Shown piece after piece: positions 38,907 to 49,372 of a DNA stretch of 64,000 bases. The notes beneath the pieces are model-generated. The model saw only the letters and a list, made by a program, of their open reading frames with translations. It searched no databases and was not told where the DNA came from. Position 1 is the stretch's first letter; the number at the start of each line of letters is the position of its first letter. This stretch comes from Acholeplasmataceae bacterium (GTDB lineage Bacteria > Bacillota > Negativicutes > Acidaminococcales > Acidaminococcaceae): contig JAAYVM010000132.1 in assembly GCA_012517145.1 (NCBI GenBank), positions 9,689 to 73,688 on the forward strand, read 5' to 3'. The position numbers and the translations under genes were made by a program.

Positions 38907-38947
38907 AAAGCGTACCATTGTGAAAAACGTAGCAGTGGTGCGCTTTT
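38907..38947 (+). terminator. Probable intrinsic terminator after purD
   Basis: AAAGCGTACCA ... TGGTGCGCTTT (one G-U pair), an 18-nt loop, and a T-rich tail. Confidence 0.5.
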
Positions 38948-39047
38948 CAACTTTTTTTGAAAAAATGTATGAAAAGTAACAAAAAAAGTTTGCTGTGCAA
39001 GAAGTTTAGTGGTAGAATATTGTAAAATATTTTAAGGAAAAGGATGG

Positions 39048-40568
39048 TTGATGATGGCTTTTATTTATGAAGAGGCGGCGCATACATTCAGTGAGTATTT
39101 ATTAGTACCTGGTTATTCAGGCGTAGAGTGTGTTCCGGCTAACGTTAACTTACAAACTCCACTTGTAAAGTTTAAAAAGGGCGAAAAACCGGCTATCACA
39201 ATGAATATTCCTTTGGTTTCCGCAATTATGCAATCTGTATCTGATGACAAAATGGCGATTGCATTATCAAAAGAAGGCGGAATTTCCTTTATTTACGGCT
39301 CACAATCTATTGAGAGTGAGGCAGCTATGGTCGCACGTGTCAAGACTTACCGTGCAGGTTTCGTAACCAGTGATTCCAATATTACACCTGACAGCACACT
39401 TGCGGATATTTTAAGGTTGAAAGAAAGAACCGGTCATTCCACTATTGCTGTAACCTCAGACGGTACAGTTAATGGTAAGCTGGAAGGCATTGTCACCAGT
39501 CGTGATTATCGTGTCAGCCGTATGGATTTGAATACGAAGGTTTCAGAATTTATGACTCCGATTGAATCCATGATTGTTGGCAACGGCAATACTTCGCTTA
39601 AAGAAGCAAATGACATAATCTGGGATAACAAGCTGAATACCTTGCCAATTATTGATGACCAAGGACGTTTGCTATACATGGTATTCCGCAAAGACTATTC
39701 TTCTCACAAAGAATATCCTTTGGAATTATTGGATGATAAGAAAAGACATATTGTTGGTGCTGGCATCAATACCAGAGACTATGCAGAACGTGTTCCAGCG
39801 CTTGTAGAAGCTGGCGCAGACGTACTTTGCATAGATTCATCTGAAGGTTTCAGCGAATGGCAAAAATTAACCTTGGATTGGGTTCGCGAAAAATATGGCG
39901 ATACTGTTAAAGTTGGTGCCGGTAATGTTGTTGACAAAGAAGGTTTCCGTTTCCTTGCTGAGGCAGGTGCTGACTTTATAAAAGTAGGTATCGGCGGTGG
40001 TTCCATCTGTATTACCCGCGAACAAAAAGGCATTGGCCGCGGCCAGGCAACTGCTTTGCTTGAAGTTGCCAAGGCTCGTGACGAATATTTTGAAGAAACC
40101 GGTGTTTATGTGCCAATTTGCTCTGATGGTGGTATTGTATACGATTACCATATGACTCTGGCTCTTGCTATGGGCGCTGACTTCATGATGCTCGGTCGTT
40201 ATTTTGCTCGTTTTGATGAAAGCCCGACCAACAAAGTAAACATTAATGGCAGTTACATGAAAGAGTACTGGGGTGAAGGTTCCAACCGTGCCCGCAATTG
40301 GCAGCGTTATGATATGGGTGGTGCTTCCAAGTTGTCCTTTGAAGAAGGCGTAGACTCCTATGTTCCTTATGCCGGCAGCCTGAAAGATAATGTAACCCTT
40401 TCTTTGAATAAGGTTCGTTCAACTATGTGCAACTGCGGAGCTCTTACGATTGATGAACTTCAGAAAAATGCTAAACTGACGCTTGTTTCCTCAACCAGTA
40501 TTGTTGAAGGCGGCGCTCACGATGTTATTCTGAAAGATACTAATCTTACGAATAATTACATAAAATAA
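39048..40568 (+). CDS. guaB: IMP dehydrogenase (Tritrichomonas foetus-type bacterial subgroup, with CBS pair)
   Basis: [54 protein letters not shown], and the catalytic loop [23 protein letters not shown]. The start is within 39048-39054. Confidence 0.85.
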   Translation: MMMAFIYEEAAHTFSEYLLVPGYSGVECVPANVNLQTPLVKFKKGEKPAITMNIPLVSAIMQSVSDDKMAIALSKEGGISFIYGSQSIESEAAMVARVKTYRAGFVTSDSNITPDSTLADILRLKERTGHSTIAVTSDGTVNGKLEGIVTSRDYRVSRMDLNTKVSEFMTPIESMIVGNGNTSLKEANDIIWDNKLNTLPIIDDQGRLLYMVFRKDYSSHKEYPLELLDDKKRHIVGAGINTRDYAERVPALVEAGADVLCIDSSEGFSEWQKLTLDWVREKYGDTVKVGAGNVVDKEGFRFLAEAGADFIKVGIGGGSICITREQKGIGRGQATALLEVAKARDEYFEETGVYVPICSDGGIVYDYHMTLALAMGADFMMLGRYFARFDESPTNKVNINGSYMKEYWGEGSNRARNWQRYDMGGASKLSFEEGVDSYVPYAGSLKDNVTLSLNKVRSTMCNCGALTIDELQKNAKLTLVSSTSIVEGGAHDVILKDTNLTNNYIK

Positions 40569-40689
40569 AAGGAAGTTTTATGACGGCCCCTTGGTGAAAC
40601 AGTAATGTATACATTTTCAATGTATTGACACAAATTGTTCACAAAGGTTAGAATTAACCTATTAATAAAAGGAGAAAGGCTGTGTAAAG

Positions 40690-41532
40690 ATGAACTTTTC
40701 CAAGAAAATTTTGAGCATTACAGTTTGTGCATTGCTGCTCACATCTCTCGCGCTTCTTGCTGGATGTGGCGGCGATAAAAAAGAAACAAAAAAAGTTTTG
40801 AAGGTTGGTATGGAATGCGGTTACGCTCCTTATAACTGGACGCAAACGAATGCTGACAATGGTGCAGTTAAGATTGCCGGCAGTTCTGAATATGCTAACG
40901 GCTATGATGTTATGATTGGCAAGTTACTGGCTGAATCCATGGGCGCAACTTTGGAAGTACACAAGATTGAATGGGACGGACTTGCACCGGCAGTTGCTTC
41001 CGGCAAAATTGATGCTGCTATCGCTGGTATGAGCATTACTAGCAAACGCAAAGAAAGCGTTGATTTCACAGTTCCTTACTATTATGCCAACGTTGTTGGA
41101 CTGGTGCGCAAGGATTCACCACAAGCTTCCGCTAAAAGCGTAGCTGATTTGAAAGGTGCCGTTGCTACCTCCCAATTGAACACTATCTGGTATGATTTGA
41201 TTGACCAGATTCCTGAAGTTAATAAACAACCGGGAATTGAAAACGTTCCTGGTATGATTGTTGCTCTTAAGTCCGGCAAATGCAATTTGATTGTCACCGA
41301 CATTCCGACTGCAATGGCTGCTTCTTATGCTAACAAAGAGCTTGCTGTTCTGGAGTTTGCACCTGATAAGGGCTTCAAAACTACAAAAGAAGATGTTGAA
41401 ATCGGTATCGCAGTCAAAAAGGGTAACGCGGACCTCGTGAAATCGATGAATGCCAAACTCAGCAAAATGACTGAAGCAGACTTTAAGAAGATTATGGCAG
41501 ATGCAATCAAAATTCAACCGTTAGTAAAATAA
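40690..41532 (+). CDS. Amino-acid ABC transporter substrate-binding lipoprotein (SBP family 3)
   Basis: Lipobox LLAGCGG, plus SBP_bac_3 features (GYAPYNW, IDAAIAGMSIT..R). Confidence 0.85.
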   Translation: MNFSKKILSITVCALLLTSLALLAGCGGDKKETKKVLKVGMECGYAPYNWTQTNADNGAVKIAGSSEYANGYDVMIGKLLAESMGATLEVHKIEWDGLAPAVASGKIDAAIAGMSITSKRKESVDFTVPYYYANVVGLVRKDSPQASAKSVADLKGAVATSQLNTIWYDLIDQIPEVNKQPGIENVPGMIVALKSGKCNLIVTDIPTAMAASYANKELAVLEFAPDKGFKTTKEDVEIGIAVKKGNADLVKSMNAKLSKMTEADFKKIMADAIKIQPLVK

Positions 41533-41544
41533 AAGTGTTTCATT

Positions 41545-41573
41545 ATACGGGACGGCAATGCCGTCCCGTATTT
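41545..41573 (+). terminator. Hairpin between the SBP and permease genes (attenuating terminator)
   Basis: ATACGGGACGG-CAATG-CCGTCCCGTAT followed by TT. Confidence 0.55.
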
Positions 41574-41607
41574 GACTTATGGTTAAGCAGACAAGGTGGG
41601 AATAAAA

Positions 41608-42405
41608 ATGACAACGATGCCGACTACTTTTTTTGAGTGGGTATTCTTTTTATTACAGCAATACGGCGGGCTTTTTGTAAAAGGTGCATTAGTCACTCTT
41701 TTGCTGGCCTTGATCGGTACTTTTGTAGGATGTATCATTGGTTTTGTCGTAGGTATAATTCAGACAATTCCTGTTGACCCTAATACGGGTACTGTCAAAA
41801 AAAGCTTTTACAGATGTGTGCGTTGGCTGCTTGATGCCTATGTGGAAGTTTTCCGCGGGACGCCTATGATAGTACAAGCTATGGTTGTTTATTATGGCTC
41901 GATGAGTATTTTTAACATTGATATGTCGGCTATGTTTGCCGGTTTTCTGGTCGTTTCCATTAATACAGGTGCGTATATGGCAGAAACCGTGCGTGGTGGT
42001 ATCAACTCCATTGACCCCGGTCAGACTGAGGCGGCTACCGCGATAGGCATGAATCATTTTCAGACTATGCGTTCTGTTATTATACCGCAGGCGCTGCGCA
42101 ATATTATGCCGCAAATAGGAAATAACCTTATTATCAATATCAAGGATACTTCAGTATTGAATGTCATTTCCGTTACAGAGCTTTATTTTTCTTCGAAGTC
42201 TGCGGCGGGCGTATATTATAAGTATTTTGAAGTATTCTTCATTACTTGTGTGATTTATTTTGTTATGACTTTTACTGTTTCCCGTTTTTTACGCTGGGTA
42301 GAAGGCAGGATGGCTGGTCCGCGTGACTATCAGCTGGTAACTTATGATCCAATGCAGGACCCTTGCGGCCACTTCCCGATGCCGACACGGAAGGAGCAGG
42401 ATTGA
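41608..42405 (+). CDS. Amino-acid ABC transporter permease (HisMQ family)
   Basis: EAA-type motif ([29 protein letters not shown]). ATG at 41608 follows AAGGTGGG. Confidence 0.85.
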   Translation: MTTMPTTFFEWVFFLLQQYGGLFVKGALVTLLLALIGTFVGCIIGFVVGIIQTIPVDPNTGTVKKSFYRCVRWLLDAYVEVFRGTPMIVQAMVVYYGSMSIFNIDMSAMFAGFLVVSINTGAYMAETVRGGINSIDPGQTEAATAIGMNHFQTMRSVIIPQALRNIMPQIGNNLIINIKDTSVLNVISVTELYFSSKSAAGVYYKYFEVFFITCVIYFVMTFTVSRFLRWVEGRMAGPRDYQLVTYDPMQDPCGHFPMPTRKEQD

Positions 42406-42410
42406 TAAAC

Positions 42411-43160
42411 ATGGATGAGCAGAAAAATATTCTGGAAATAAAAGAGTTAAAGAAAAAATTTGGCGAACGTGAAATTTTGAAAGGTATCAATTTCTCGGTC
42501 AATAAAGGTGACGTTGTTTGCATCATAGGGCCATCAGGCTCTGGTAAATCGACTTTGATCCGCTGCATTAATTTTTTGGAGACCCCAACAAGTGGTGAGA
42601 TATGTTATAAAGGCGAAGATGTTCTGAAGAAATACAAGGATCTTGCTTTGTACAGGACTAAGGTTGGTATGGTATTCCAACAGTTCAATCTTTTTAATAA
42701 CATGACGGTGCTTGAGAATTGCGTGGTCGGCCAGGTCAAAGTTTTAAAGAAAGATCATGAGGCAGCCAGACAAACTGCCATGAAATATTTGTATTATGTT
42801 GGTATGGCTGATTATATCAATGCTAAACCAAACCAGCTGTCAGGCGGGCAAAAACAGCGTGTAGCTATTGCCAGAGCTATGGCGCTGGAGCCGGAAATCC
42901 TGCTTCTCGATGAGCCTACTTCGGCGCTCGACTCCGAAATGGTCGGCGAAGTTCTGAATGTTATGCGTGAATTGGCAAATGCTGGTCTCACGATGATCGT
43001 TGTAACCCATGAGATGGCTTTCGCTCGTGAAGTAGCGTCAAAGGTTGTTTTTATCGATCAGGGTGTTATTGCTGAAGAGGCAACGCCGGAAATTATTTTC
43101 AAAAATCCTTCTAATCCACGTACGAAAGAGTTCCTTTCCAGGTTCAATCAGAATAATTAA
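42411..43160 (+). CDS. Amino-acid ABC transporter ATP-binding protein
   Basis: [23 protein letters not shown] and [11 protein letters not shown]. The start is 42411, or TTG at 42402. Confidence 0.9.
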   Translation: MDEQKNILEIKELKKKFGEREILKGINFSVNKGDVVCIIGPSGSGKSTLIRCINFLETPTSGEICYKGEDVLKKYKDLALYRTKVGMVFQQFNLFNNMTVLENCVVGQVKVLKKDHEAARQTAMKYLYYVGMADYINAKPNQLSGGQKQRVAIARAMALEPEILLLDEPTSALDSEMVGEVLNVMRELANAGLTMIVVTHEMAFAREVASKVVFIDQGVIAEEATPEIIFKNPSNPRTKEFLSRFNQNN

Positions 43161-43238
43161 AGGATTAAAGCCTCTGTTTGTAGAAAGTACAGGTAGAGGT
43201 TTTTTTATTGTTCAATTCAAAGTGAGGCCTGAATACAA

Positions 43239-44786
43239 ATGAAAAAATATGCTTTTCTATTGTTTTTTCTACTTTTTACTAGTCTGGCAGAAGCTGGCGG
43301 ACGTATTTTGTTTGTCCCGCTTGATGATAGGCCAGTCTGCCTTGACTACACAGTAAATACTTTCAAGGCAGCCGGATGGGATATACAAACGCCGCCGCAT
43401 GATATAGTGGCGTCTTTCAACCATGATGGTGATCCCGACAAGCTTTATGCCTGGCTGGAAAGTAAAACACCTGGCGCCTCGGCTGTTGTTTTAAGCAGCG
43501 ATAGCATGATTTATGGTGGTTTGGTAGCTTCCAGAACACACAAGCTTTCAGATAAAGATCTGGGAGAGCGTACGACAAGGTTGTTGCAGTTTAAAAAGCA
43601 ATTTGGCGGCATACCTGTTTATGTATTTACGACAGTAATGCGCGCACAAAAGGCAAGCAGCGCACCTGTAGAGCCTGCTTATTATAAAGAATATGGCGGC
43701 CAGATTTTTCGTCTGGGAGAATTAACCGATAAAAATGAGGTTGTTGGACTTACTGCGAGCGAAGCTAAAGAGCGGCTGAGTCTCAGTAAGGCAATCCCCG
43801 AAACTGTCTTGCGTGACCTCTATGTTCGTCGGGGTAAAAATCTGGCAGTAACTGAGAGGCTACTGGCTGGCACCGAAAATGGCAGTTTTGACTATTTGCT
43901 TTTAGGCCGCGATGATACGGCACAATACTCCGATGCTCATCGTGATGCACGTAAACTGGAGACTACTAATGCACAACTCTCACAGCGCAAAGTGCGTTTC
44001 TTTGCTGGTGCTGACCAATTAGGAATGTTGATGCTCAATCGTGCTATCAATAAGGATGAAGGCGGAGTGCCAATAGTCCATGCTTTTTATACAGATGGCG
44101 TAGGTGAAAAAACATTGCCTGCCTACGAAGATGATACGGTCAGAACCACAGTCAGAAATCAAATTTTGGCCGCCGCTGCCTGGCCTGCTCCTGGCGATAA
44201 ATACGCTGACCTTATTCTGGCAGTGAATACGCCGGTTGATGGTATTACGCTCCAGGGCAATGATGCAGCTAATTCAATCAAGTTGAAAGGAGAGCAACAT
44301 GCTTTCCTTAAAAAAGTTGAAGATTATCTGCAAAAAAACAAAAATGTTGCCATAGCTGATGTTGCTTATGCCAATGGTGCTGATAATGCACTTGTGCAAG
44401 GGCTTTTTGATCAAAGACTGGCTTGGTCGCTTGCGGCTTATGCAGGGTGGAATACCGCAGCCAATACGATTGGTTTTGCTCTCGTGCAAGGATTGCAGGC
44501 AGCTTATTTAACTACAGAGGACAAAGAGGATTTATTGCTTGTCAGATATCTCGATGACTGGGCATATCAAAGCAATGTGCGTGAGGCGGTCAGGAAGGAA
44601 CTGGTCTGGCCAAGACAATGGAAGGATGGAGCATTTCGCTCAGAACAAAAACTCTTTCTGGAAAGCAGCATTACTGAAAAAATGAGGAGTTTCATCAAAC
44701 CATATATCACATCAAAGGCTATCAGCAAGTGGCAATTTACGCTGCCCTGGAACAGAACATTTGAAATAAAAGTTGATAAGCACTGA
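43239..44786 (+). CDS. DUF4127 family protein with signal peptide
   Basis: The N-terminal signal is followed by ILFVPLDDRPVC, the hallmark N-terminus I recall for DUF4127. Size of about 515 aa is typical. Confidence 0.6.
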   Translation: MKKYAFLLFFLLFTSLAEAGGRILFVPLDDRPVCLDYTVNTFKAAGWDIQTPPHDIVASFNHDGDPDKLYAWLESKTPGASAVVLSSDSMIYGGLVASRTHKLSDKDLGERTTRLLQFKKQFGGIPVYVFTTVMRAQKASSAPVEPAYYKEYGGQIFRLGELTDKNEVVGLTASEAKERLSLSKAIPETVLRDLYVRRGKNLAVTERLLAGTENGSFDYLLLGRDDTAQYSDAHRDARKLETTNAQLSQRKVRFFAGADQLGMLMLNRAINKDEGGVPIVHAFYTDGVGEKTLPAYEDDTVRTTVRNQILAAAAWPAPGDKYADLILAVNTPVDGITLQGNDAANSIKLKGEQHAFLKKVEDYLQKNKNVAIADVAYANGADNALVQGLFDQRLAWSLAAYAGWNTAANTIGFALVQGLQAAYLTTEDKEDLLLVRYLDDWAYQSNVREAVRKELVWPRQWKDGAFRSEQKLFLESSITEKMRSFIKPYITSKAISKWQFTLPWNRTFEIKVDKH

Positions 44787-44790
44787 AAAA

Positions 44791-44835
44791 AAGTCCCTGT
44801 TCTTTTTTGCAATAAAGCAAAAAGAACAGGGACTT
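44791..44835. terminator. Bidirectional terminator
   Basis: 17-bp stem AAGTCCCTGTTCTTTTT / AAAAAGAACAGGGACTT. Confidence 0.85.
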
Positions 44836-44851
44836 GGTATTTCCCGGGTAA

Positions 44852-45640
44852 TCAATCTTTCCAGGGAACAGCTTTCTTTTCCAGCCATTGCAGGAACAAA
44901 TGGAATAAAAGACCAAGAACAGAGAGCACGATGACTCCTGCCATCAGTTTGTCAGTGATCATTAAATCGCCATAGTGCAGAATAAGGGCACCGATGCCTT
45001 CCTGAGCAGCAATCATTTCAGCAGCGACAAGAAGTAATAAGGAGGTTCCTGCTGCCAGTCTTAACCCGGCAAAGATAACAGGCAAGGCGCTTGGCAGCAC
45101 CACACTTTTCATAGTAAGCCACCAGCTGGCATTGAAACTGACAGCAACTTTGATTAATAAAGGATCGACATTTTTGACGCCAGAGTAAGTGTTCATGGCA
45201 ACAGGAAAGAAAACTCCGAGTGCAATAATCGTAATTTTAGAAAGCTCGCCAATGCCCAGCCAAAGGATAAAGAGAGGCAGGAGAGCGATTTTTGGAATAG
45301 GGTAGAGCGCCTGGACGATAGGCGTGCCGATACGGTCAGCCAAAGCAGAGGTTCCGGTAATCATGCCGACGATAAGCCCGATGAAGCTGCCTAGCACAAA
45401 GCCTGTGGCAATACGAGCCATACTCGCTGCCAGACTGCGGCCTATTTCACCGTTCATCGTCATAGTAAGCAGTGAGCTAAGAATACCGCTTGGTGCAGGT
45501 AAGAAAAGAGCGGAAACTAAACCGCTGCGACAGATTGCTTCCCAAAGCGCCAAGAGAGAAAATATAGCGATAGCTGAAACCCAGGAGGGATAACTCTTTT
45601 GCCAATGCAGCATTTTATTTTGCACCTTGTAATCAGCCAT
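44852..45640 (-). CDS. ABC transporter permease (NitT/TauT nitrate-sulfonate-bicarbonate family)
   Basis: BPD_transp_1 type, six TM segments. The start at 45640 (MADYKVQ...) overlaps the upstream ATPase stop by 8 nt. Confidence 0.85.
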   Translation of the reverse strand: MADYKVQNKMLHWQKSYPSWVSAIAIFSLLALWEAICRSGLVSALFLPAPSGILSSLLTMTMNGEIGRSLAASMARIATGFVLGSFIGLIVGMITGTSALADRIGTPIVQALYPIPKIALLPLFILWLGIGELSKITIIALGVFFPVAMNTYSGVKNVDPLLIKVAVSFNASWWLTMKSVVLPSALPVIFAGLRLAAGTSLLLLVAAEMIAAQEGIGALILHYGDLMITDKLMAGVIVLSVLGLLFHLFLQWLEKKAVPWKD

Positions 45641-46421
45641 TTGTTTCCACCTCCAATAAAGCAGCACGTGCATCCTGGCTGATATGCTCCCAGATGATAC
45701 GCACGTATTCGTCAATAGCCTGGGCATGTTCAGCATTTTCGCGTTCTGGGCGCGGTATATCGATCGTCAGTATTTTGCTGATGCGTCCAGGGCGTCGGGA
45801 TAGCAAAACGACCCTGTCTGCCAGGAGAACAGCTTCCTGAATGTTATGCGTTACATAAAGAGTGCTCAAGCGTGTTTTCTCCCACAAGGCAACCAGTTCT
45901 TCCTGCATGATGGTTCTTGTCTGGGCATCAAGAGCGGAGAAAGGTTCATCCATCAAAAGCAGGTCGGGATTGATTACGAGAGCCCTGGCAATGCCGACGC
46001 GCTGACGCATGCCGCCAGAGAGCTGATGCGGAAAAGCTTTTTCAAAACCGCTAAGGCCGACCATTTCTATATAATGGGAAATGCGTTCTTTTTGCTCATT
46101 CGTGGGAATACCGGCTGCTTCCAGCCCGAAAGCAATGTTATCATAAACTGAACGCCAGGGGAAAAGGCCTGTCTCCTGAAAAACTATACCTACGGCTGGT
46201 ACATGTGAAGTTTCCATCTCCGTAAAATAAATGCTGCCGCCAGAGGGCTCCAAAAGACCGGCAGTTAAGTTAAGCAGCGTTGATTTGCCGCAGCCGCTTG
46301 GTCCGACAAGAGCAACAAACTCCTCTTCTGCAACAGTGAGATTTATATCTTCCAGCACTGTGAGCTTTTGACCATGGGCGTTAGCAAAATTTTTGCTTAC
46401 ACCTTCAATGACTAATTTCAT
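45633..46421 (-). CDS. ABC transporter ATP-binding protein (NitT/TauT family)
   Basis: GPSGCGKST, LSGGMRQRVGIARA, LLMDEPFSALD. Confidence 0.9.
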   Translation of the reverse strand: MKLVIEGVSKNFANAHGQKLTVLEDINLTVAEEEFVALVGPSGCGKSTLLNLTAGLLEPSGGSIYFTEMETSHVPAVGIVFQETGLFPWRSVYDNIAFGLEAAGIPTNEQKERISHYIEMVGLSGFEKAFPHQLSGGMRQRVGIARALVINPDLLLMDEPFSALDAQTRTIMQEELVALWEKTRLSTLYVTHNIQEAVLLADRVVLLSRRPGRISKILTIDIPRPERENAEHAQAIDEYVRIIWEHISQDARAALLEVETNG

Positions 46422-46482
46422 CGTGTTTCCTCCGTATGCCTAAAAATAAAGAGCGGACGGTTGGTCCGCTCTTTTGTGCTCG

Positions 46483-47502
46483 TTATTTCTTGAGCGCTTT
46501 TTCTAATAAACTGGTATTTACAACCTGTGCTGAATCCAGTTTGCCGTTTATCATATTATGAGAGCTATACCAGTCAATCTGTGTTTTAATGTCGCTGTCA
46601 AGCAGTTTGCCGTTGCGGTCAATATACGGCAAGCCTAATTTTACGTCTTCAACAGGTGCGTTTGTATATTTGGCAATAATTTTGATTACTTCGTCTAATT
46701 TCTCAGGAGACTTTTTATCAATAGCTGCATCGTAATAATAATTGCAGGCTTTGACATAAGCACGTAAGAAACGAACAGCAACATCTTCTTTTTTCACAAA
46801 ATCCGGTGAGAAGAAGAGGGCGGAAGTCTGATAAGGAATAACATCGCCAACCTGAGTAATGACTTTAGCGTAACCTGCTGTTTGCGCTTTGGTTATATTT
46901 GGTTCATTCAGTATGCAGGCATCGATTTGCTTGCTTTCCAAAGCGGCCATAATGGCACTTAATTTGCCAAGCGGAACAAGTTCAACATCGGCAAGGGTCA
47001 GGCCCTTTGTCTCTAAAAGCCTGCCAATCATATAATGGAAGGTAGAGCCGATTTGAGTTATCCCAATACGTTTACCTTTCAGACTTTCTATCGAATTCAC
47101 GCCTGCGGCGTAGGCGTCACTGTTTGCCAGAAGCGCGGAAGAAGGGAAGCCTTTTTCTTCGCGGCCTTTATCCGCTACGATTGCCAGTTTTTGATTTCCG
47201 GCAGCCATGTTGAATAAACTCGCTGTGATGCCTGTCGCACCAACATCAACCTTAGAAGAGGCTGTTGCCACGGCAATTGGGTGCGCAGCATCAAACCATT
47301 GGGGTTTGACTTCAAGATTTTCTTCAGCAAAAAAGCCTTTATCAAGCGCAATGAAAAGTGGGGCTGAGCTGGTCAATCGGAGCATAGCCAATGAGACCTG
47401 AGCCTTTTCTTTCGGCGCGTCCTTCTTTGTTTCATTCTTACTGCAGCCGGCAAAAACAAGTGACATACAAAGTGCCAGCAGCAAGGCAACAACTTTTTTC
47501 AT
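46483..47502 (-). CDS. ABC substrate-binding lipoprotein (NMT1/THI5-like, NitT/TauT family)
   Basis: Lipobox VFAGCSK and SsuA/NMT1-like features. ATG at 47502 follows AAGGGGGA. Confidence 0.8.
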   Translation of the reverse strand: MKKVVALLLALCMSLVFAGCSKNETKKDAPKEKAQVSLAMLRLTSSAPLFIALDKGFFAEENLEVKPQWFDAAHPIAVATASSKVDVGATGITASLFNMAAGNQKLAIVADKGREEKGFPSSALLANSDAYAAGVNSIESLKGKRIGITQIGSTFHYMIGRLLETKGLTLADVELVPLGKLSAIMAALESKQIDACILNEPNITKAQTAGYAKVITQVGDVIPYQTSALFFSPDFVKKEDVAVRFLRAYVKACNYYYDAAIDKKSPEKLDEVIKIIAKYTNAPVEDVKLGLPYIDRNGKLLDSDIKTQIDWYSSHNMINGKLDSAQVVNTSLLEKALKK

Positions 47503-47752
47503 CAAACTTCCCCCTTGATTTGTGCATTTTGTTCGTGTGTATAGCTCTTTTGGAGCTGCCATAGACTATTGTATCGTATAATAATAAAAAAAACACGTAT
47601 TTTATTAAAAAAAGTCTAGTTTTGTAATAATTTTGTCCTTTTGGGGATGGCGCAGAATAAAGTTCTGTAGAGAAAAAACTTTCAGTAGTGGACATCTGTT
47701 GTTATAATGAACATGTAATAGTTGGGAGGTATGAAAATTGAAATTGTACAAT

Positions 47753-49180
47753 ATGAAAATCAAGACAGTACTGACTGTATTTGCAATTGCTTGTAGTTTT
47801 AATGCTATGTCCGAAAACTTTGCTGAAAAAGCTGATACGGTTGTTTTGGCAAATGCTGCTTTGCCAGCAGAGACCAAGACAGGGAACACTGCTTTCAATG
47901 ATGCTGTACAAAGGGGAGAACTCTTGGCAACTGCTTACGGTGATGTTGATGGTGACGGTCAGGAGGAGAAAGTTCTTCTGATGGGCAATAAATTCAGTAA
48001 TGATTCGCACTACTACACCAAGTTATATCTCCTTGTGAGAGACATGAAAACTGATAATATCAAGGGAGCCATACGTCCTTCTATTGCCGGCGGTTATGAT
48101 TGCAGCCTGCGTCTGGCAGATGTTACCGGAAATGGCGTTGATGATATCCTGATTGCCGCGCCTACCGGCGGCAGCGGAGGGATTGTCGCCTATAGGATTA
48201 TAGACTTCACTGATAACCAACCAAGGGAGATATTCACGGCTGAAGATAATCAAGGTGTACAGATAGGTGGAAATTATCTGCCGGATTATAAGGTGCGCAT
48301 CACTTTTGGTGATAAAGGTAAAGAAGTGACTATGACTGTGCCGACCGACCTCGGTTTCTATGGTTATCTTAATGTTTATGATGATGAAGGTAATCTTTTG
48401 AAGGATTATTATCATCCTTATGGGCAGTATTTGTCAGGACTGTTGCTTTTAGATGATGACGGCGACGGTGTTGCAGAAGTTGTTACCACGCAGCGGATCG
48501 TTGGTCTTAATAATACGGATACATTGGGCTACGTGCGCGCTGTTTGGCGCTATACGGCGATTGGCTGGCAGATTGATAATTATGTTTTCCAAAGCAAGCT
48601 GGAATCAATGGGCCGCAGTATCGAAAGGGAAAACGTCATAGGTTTGGGTGGTTACAAGGTTTGTCCTGAAAAAGCTGTCATAGGCAGGAGTGTAATTATT
48701 TATCCTCATATCAATAATGCTGGCAAGGGAGCACCACAATGGAAAACCAATGCTCAGATTGAGAATTTTGTCCGTGGACAGTTTGAAGAAATCAGGAATA
48801 AAGGCTACCTGGAAATGAACTATGAAGTAAAATATGCCGGCTATAAGCTTTTGAGCATACTCATGACCGGCAAAAAAGATGGCAAGGGCGGAAATGAAGA
48901 TATCATTAAAGCTTTTAACTTTGACCTTGCTACGGGTGAACTGGTGCCGCTGGAAAAATTACTTGGCAGCGACAAAAAAATGTGGGATAAAGTTGCGGAA
49001 GTGACTGCCAAACAAGGAAACAAGGTAACAAGAGATACGATGAAAGATTATTATTATGACGGTGAAAATTTTGTTTTCCTGCAAAAAAATGAGGAAAAGA
49101 AAATCATTGAAGAGTTTCAGGTATCAAAAAAGGAACTGATGAAATATTTCTCTGATAACAAGATAGAAAAACAAAACTGA
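47753..49180 (+). CDS. Secreted protein with FG-GAP/VCBS-like DxDxDG repeats and a DUF4163/DUF3298-like C-terminal region (tentative)
   Basis: Signal peptide MKIKTVLTVFAIACSFNAMS. Three Ca-binding-like motifs (GDVDGDGQEE, ADVTGNGVDD, DDDGDGVAE). Confidence 0.5.
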   Translation: MKIKTVLTVFAIACSFNAMSENFAEKADTVVLANAALPAETKTGNTAFNDAVQRGELLATAYGDVDGDGQEEKVLLMGNKFSNDSHYYTKLYLLVRDMKTDNIKGAIRPSIAGGYDCSLRLADVTGNGVDDILIAAPTGGSGGIVAYRIIDFTDNQPREIFTAEDNQGVQIGGNYLPDYKVRITFGDKGKEVTMTVPTDLGFYGYLNVYDDEGNLLKDYYHPYGQYLSGLLLLDDDGDGVAEVVTTQRIVGLNNTDTLGYVRAVWRYTAIGWQIDNYVFQSKLESMGRSIERENVIGLGGYKVCPEKAVIGRSVIIYPHINNAGKGAPQWKTNAQIENFVRGQFEEIRNKGYLEMNYEVKYAGYKLLSILMTGKKDGKGGNEDIIKAFNFDLATGELVPLEKLLGSDKKMWDKVAEVTAKQGNKVTRDTMKDYYYDGENFVFLQKNEEKKIIEEFQVSKKELMKYFSDNKIEKQN

Positions 49181-49372
49181 CTGCTTAGTCAAAACGGAGA
49201 AAAATAAAGAAAAAATGAGAAAAACAAAGAAATAAAGGTATAATCTCATTTAATCGGGTTTGCGTTTGCGAATTTGACAACTTATAATGAAGACTGTGTT
49301 CTTTAAGATAGAACAATGGGATTTTAGGGGTAATGCTTAAATTGGTATTACTTTTGATGGAGGAGGATACAG

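Noticed and set aside
47503-47737. TPP riboswitch upstream of the NMT1/THI5-like binding protein (minus strand)
   Set aside because: There is no CTGAGA / ACCTGATCTGGATAATGCCAGCG-type THI-box sequence on the minus strand. The region is simply AT-rich promoter DNA.
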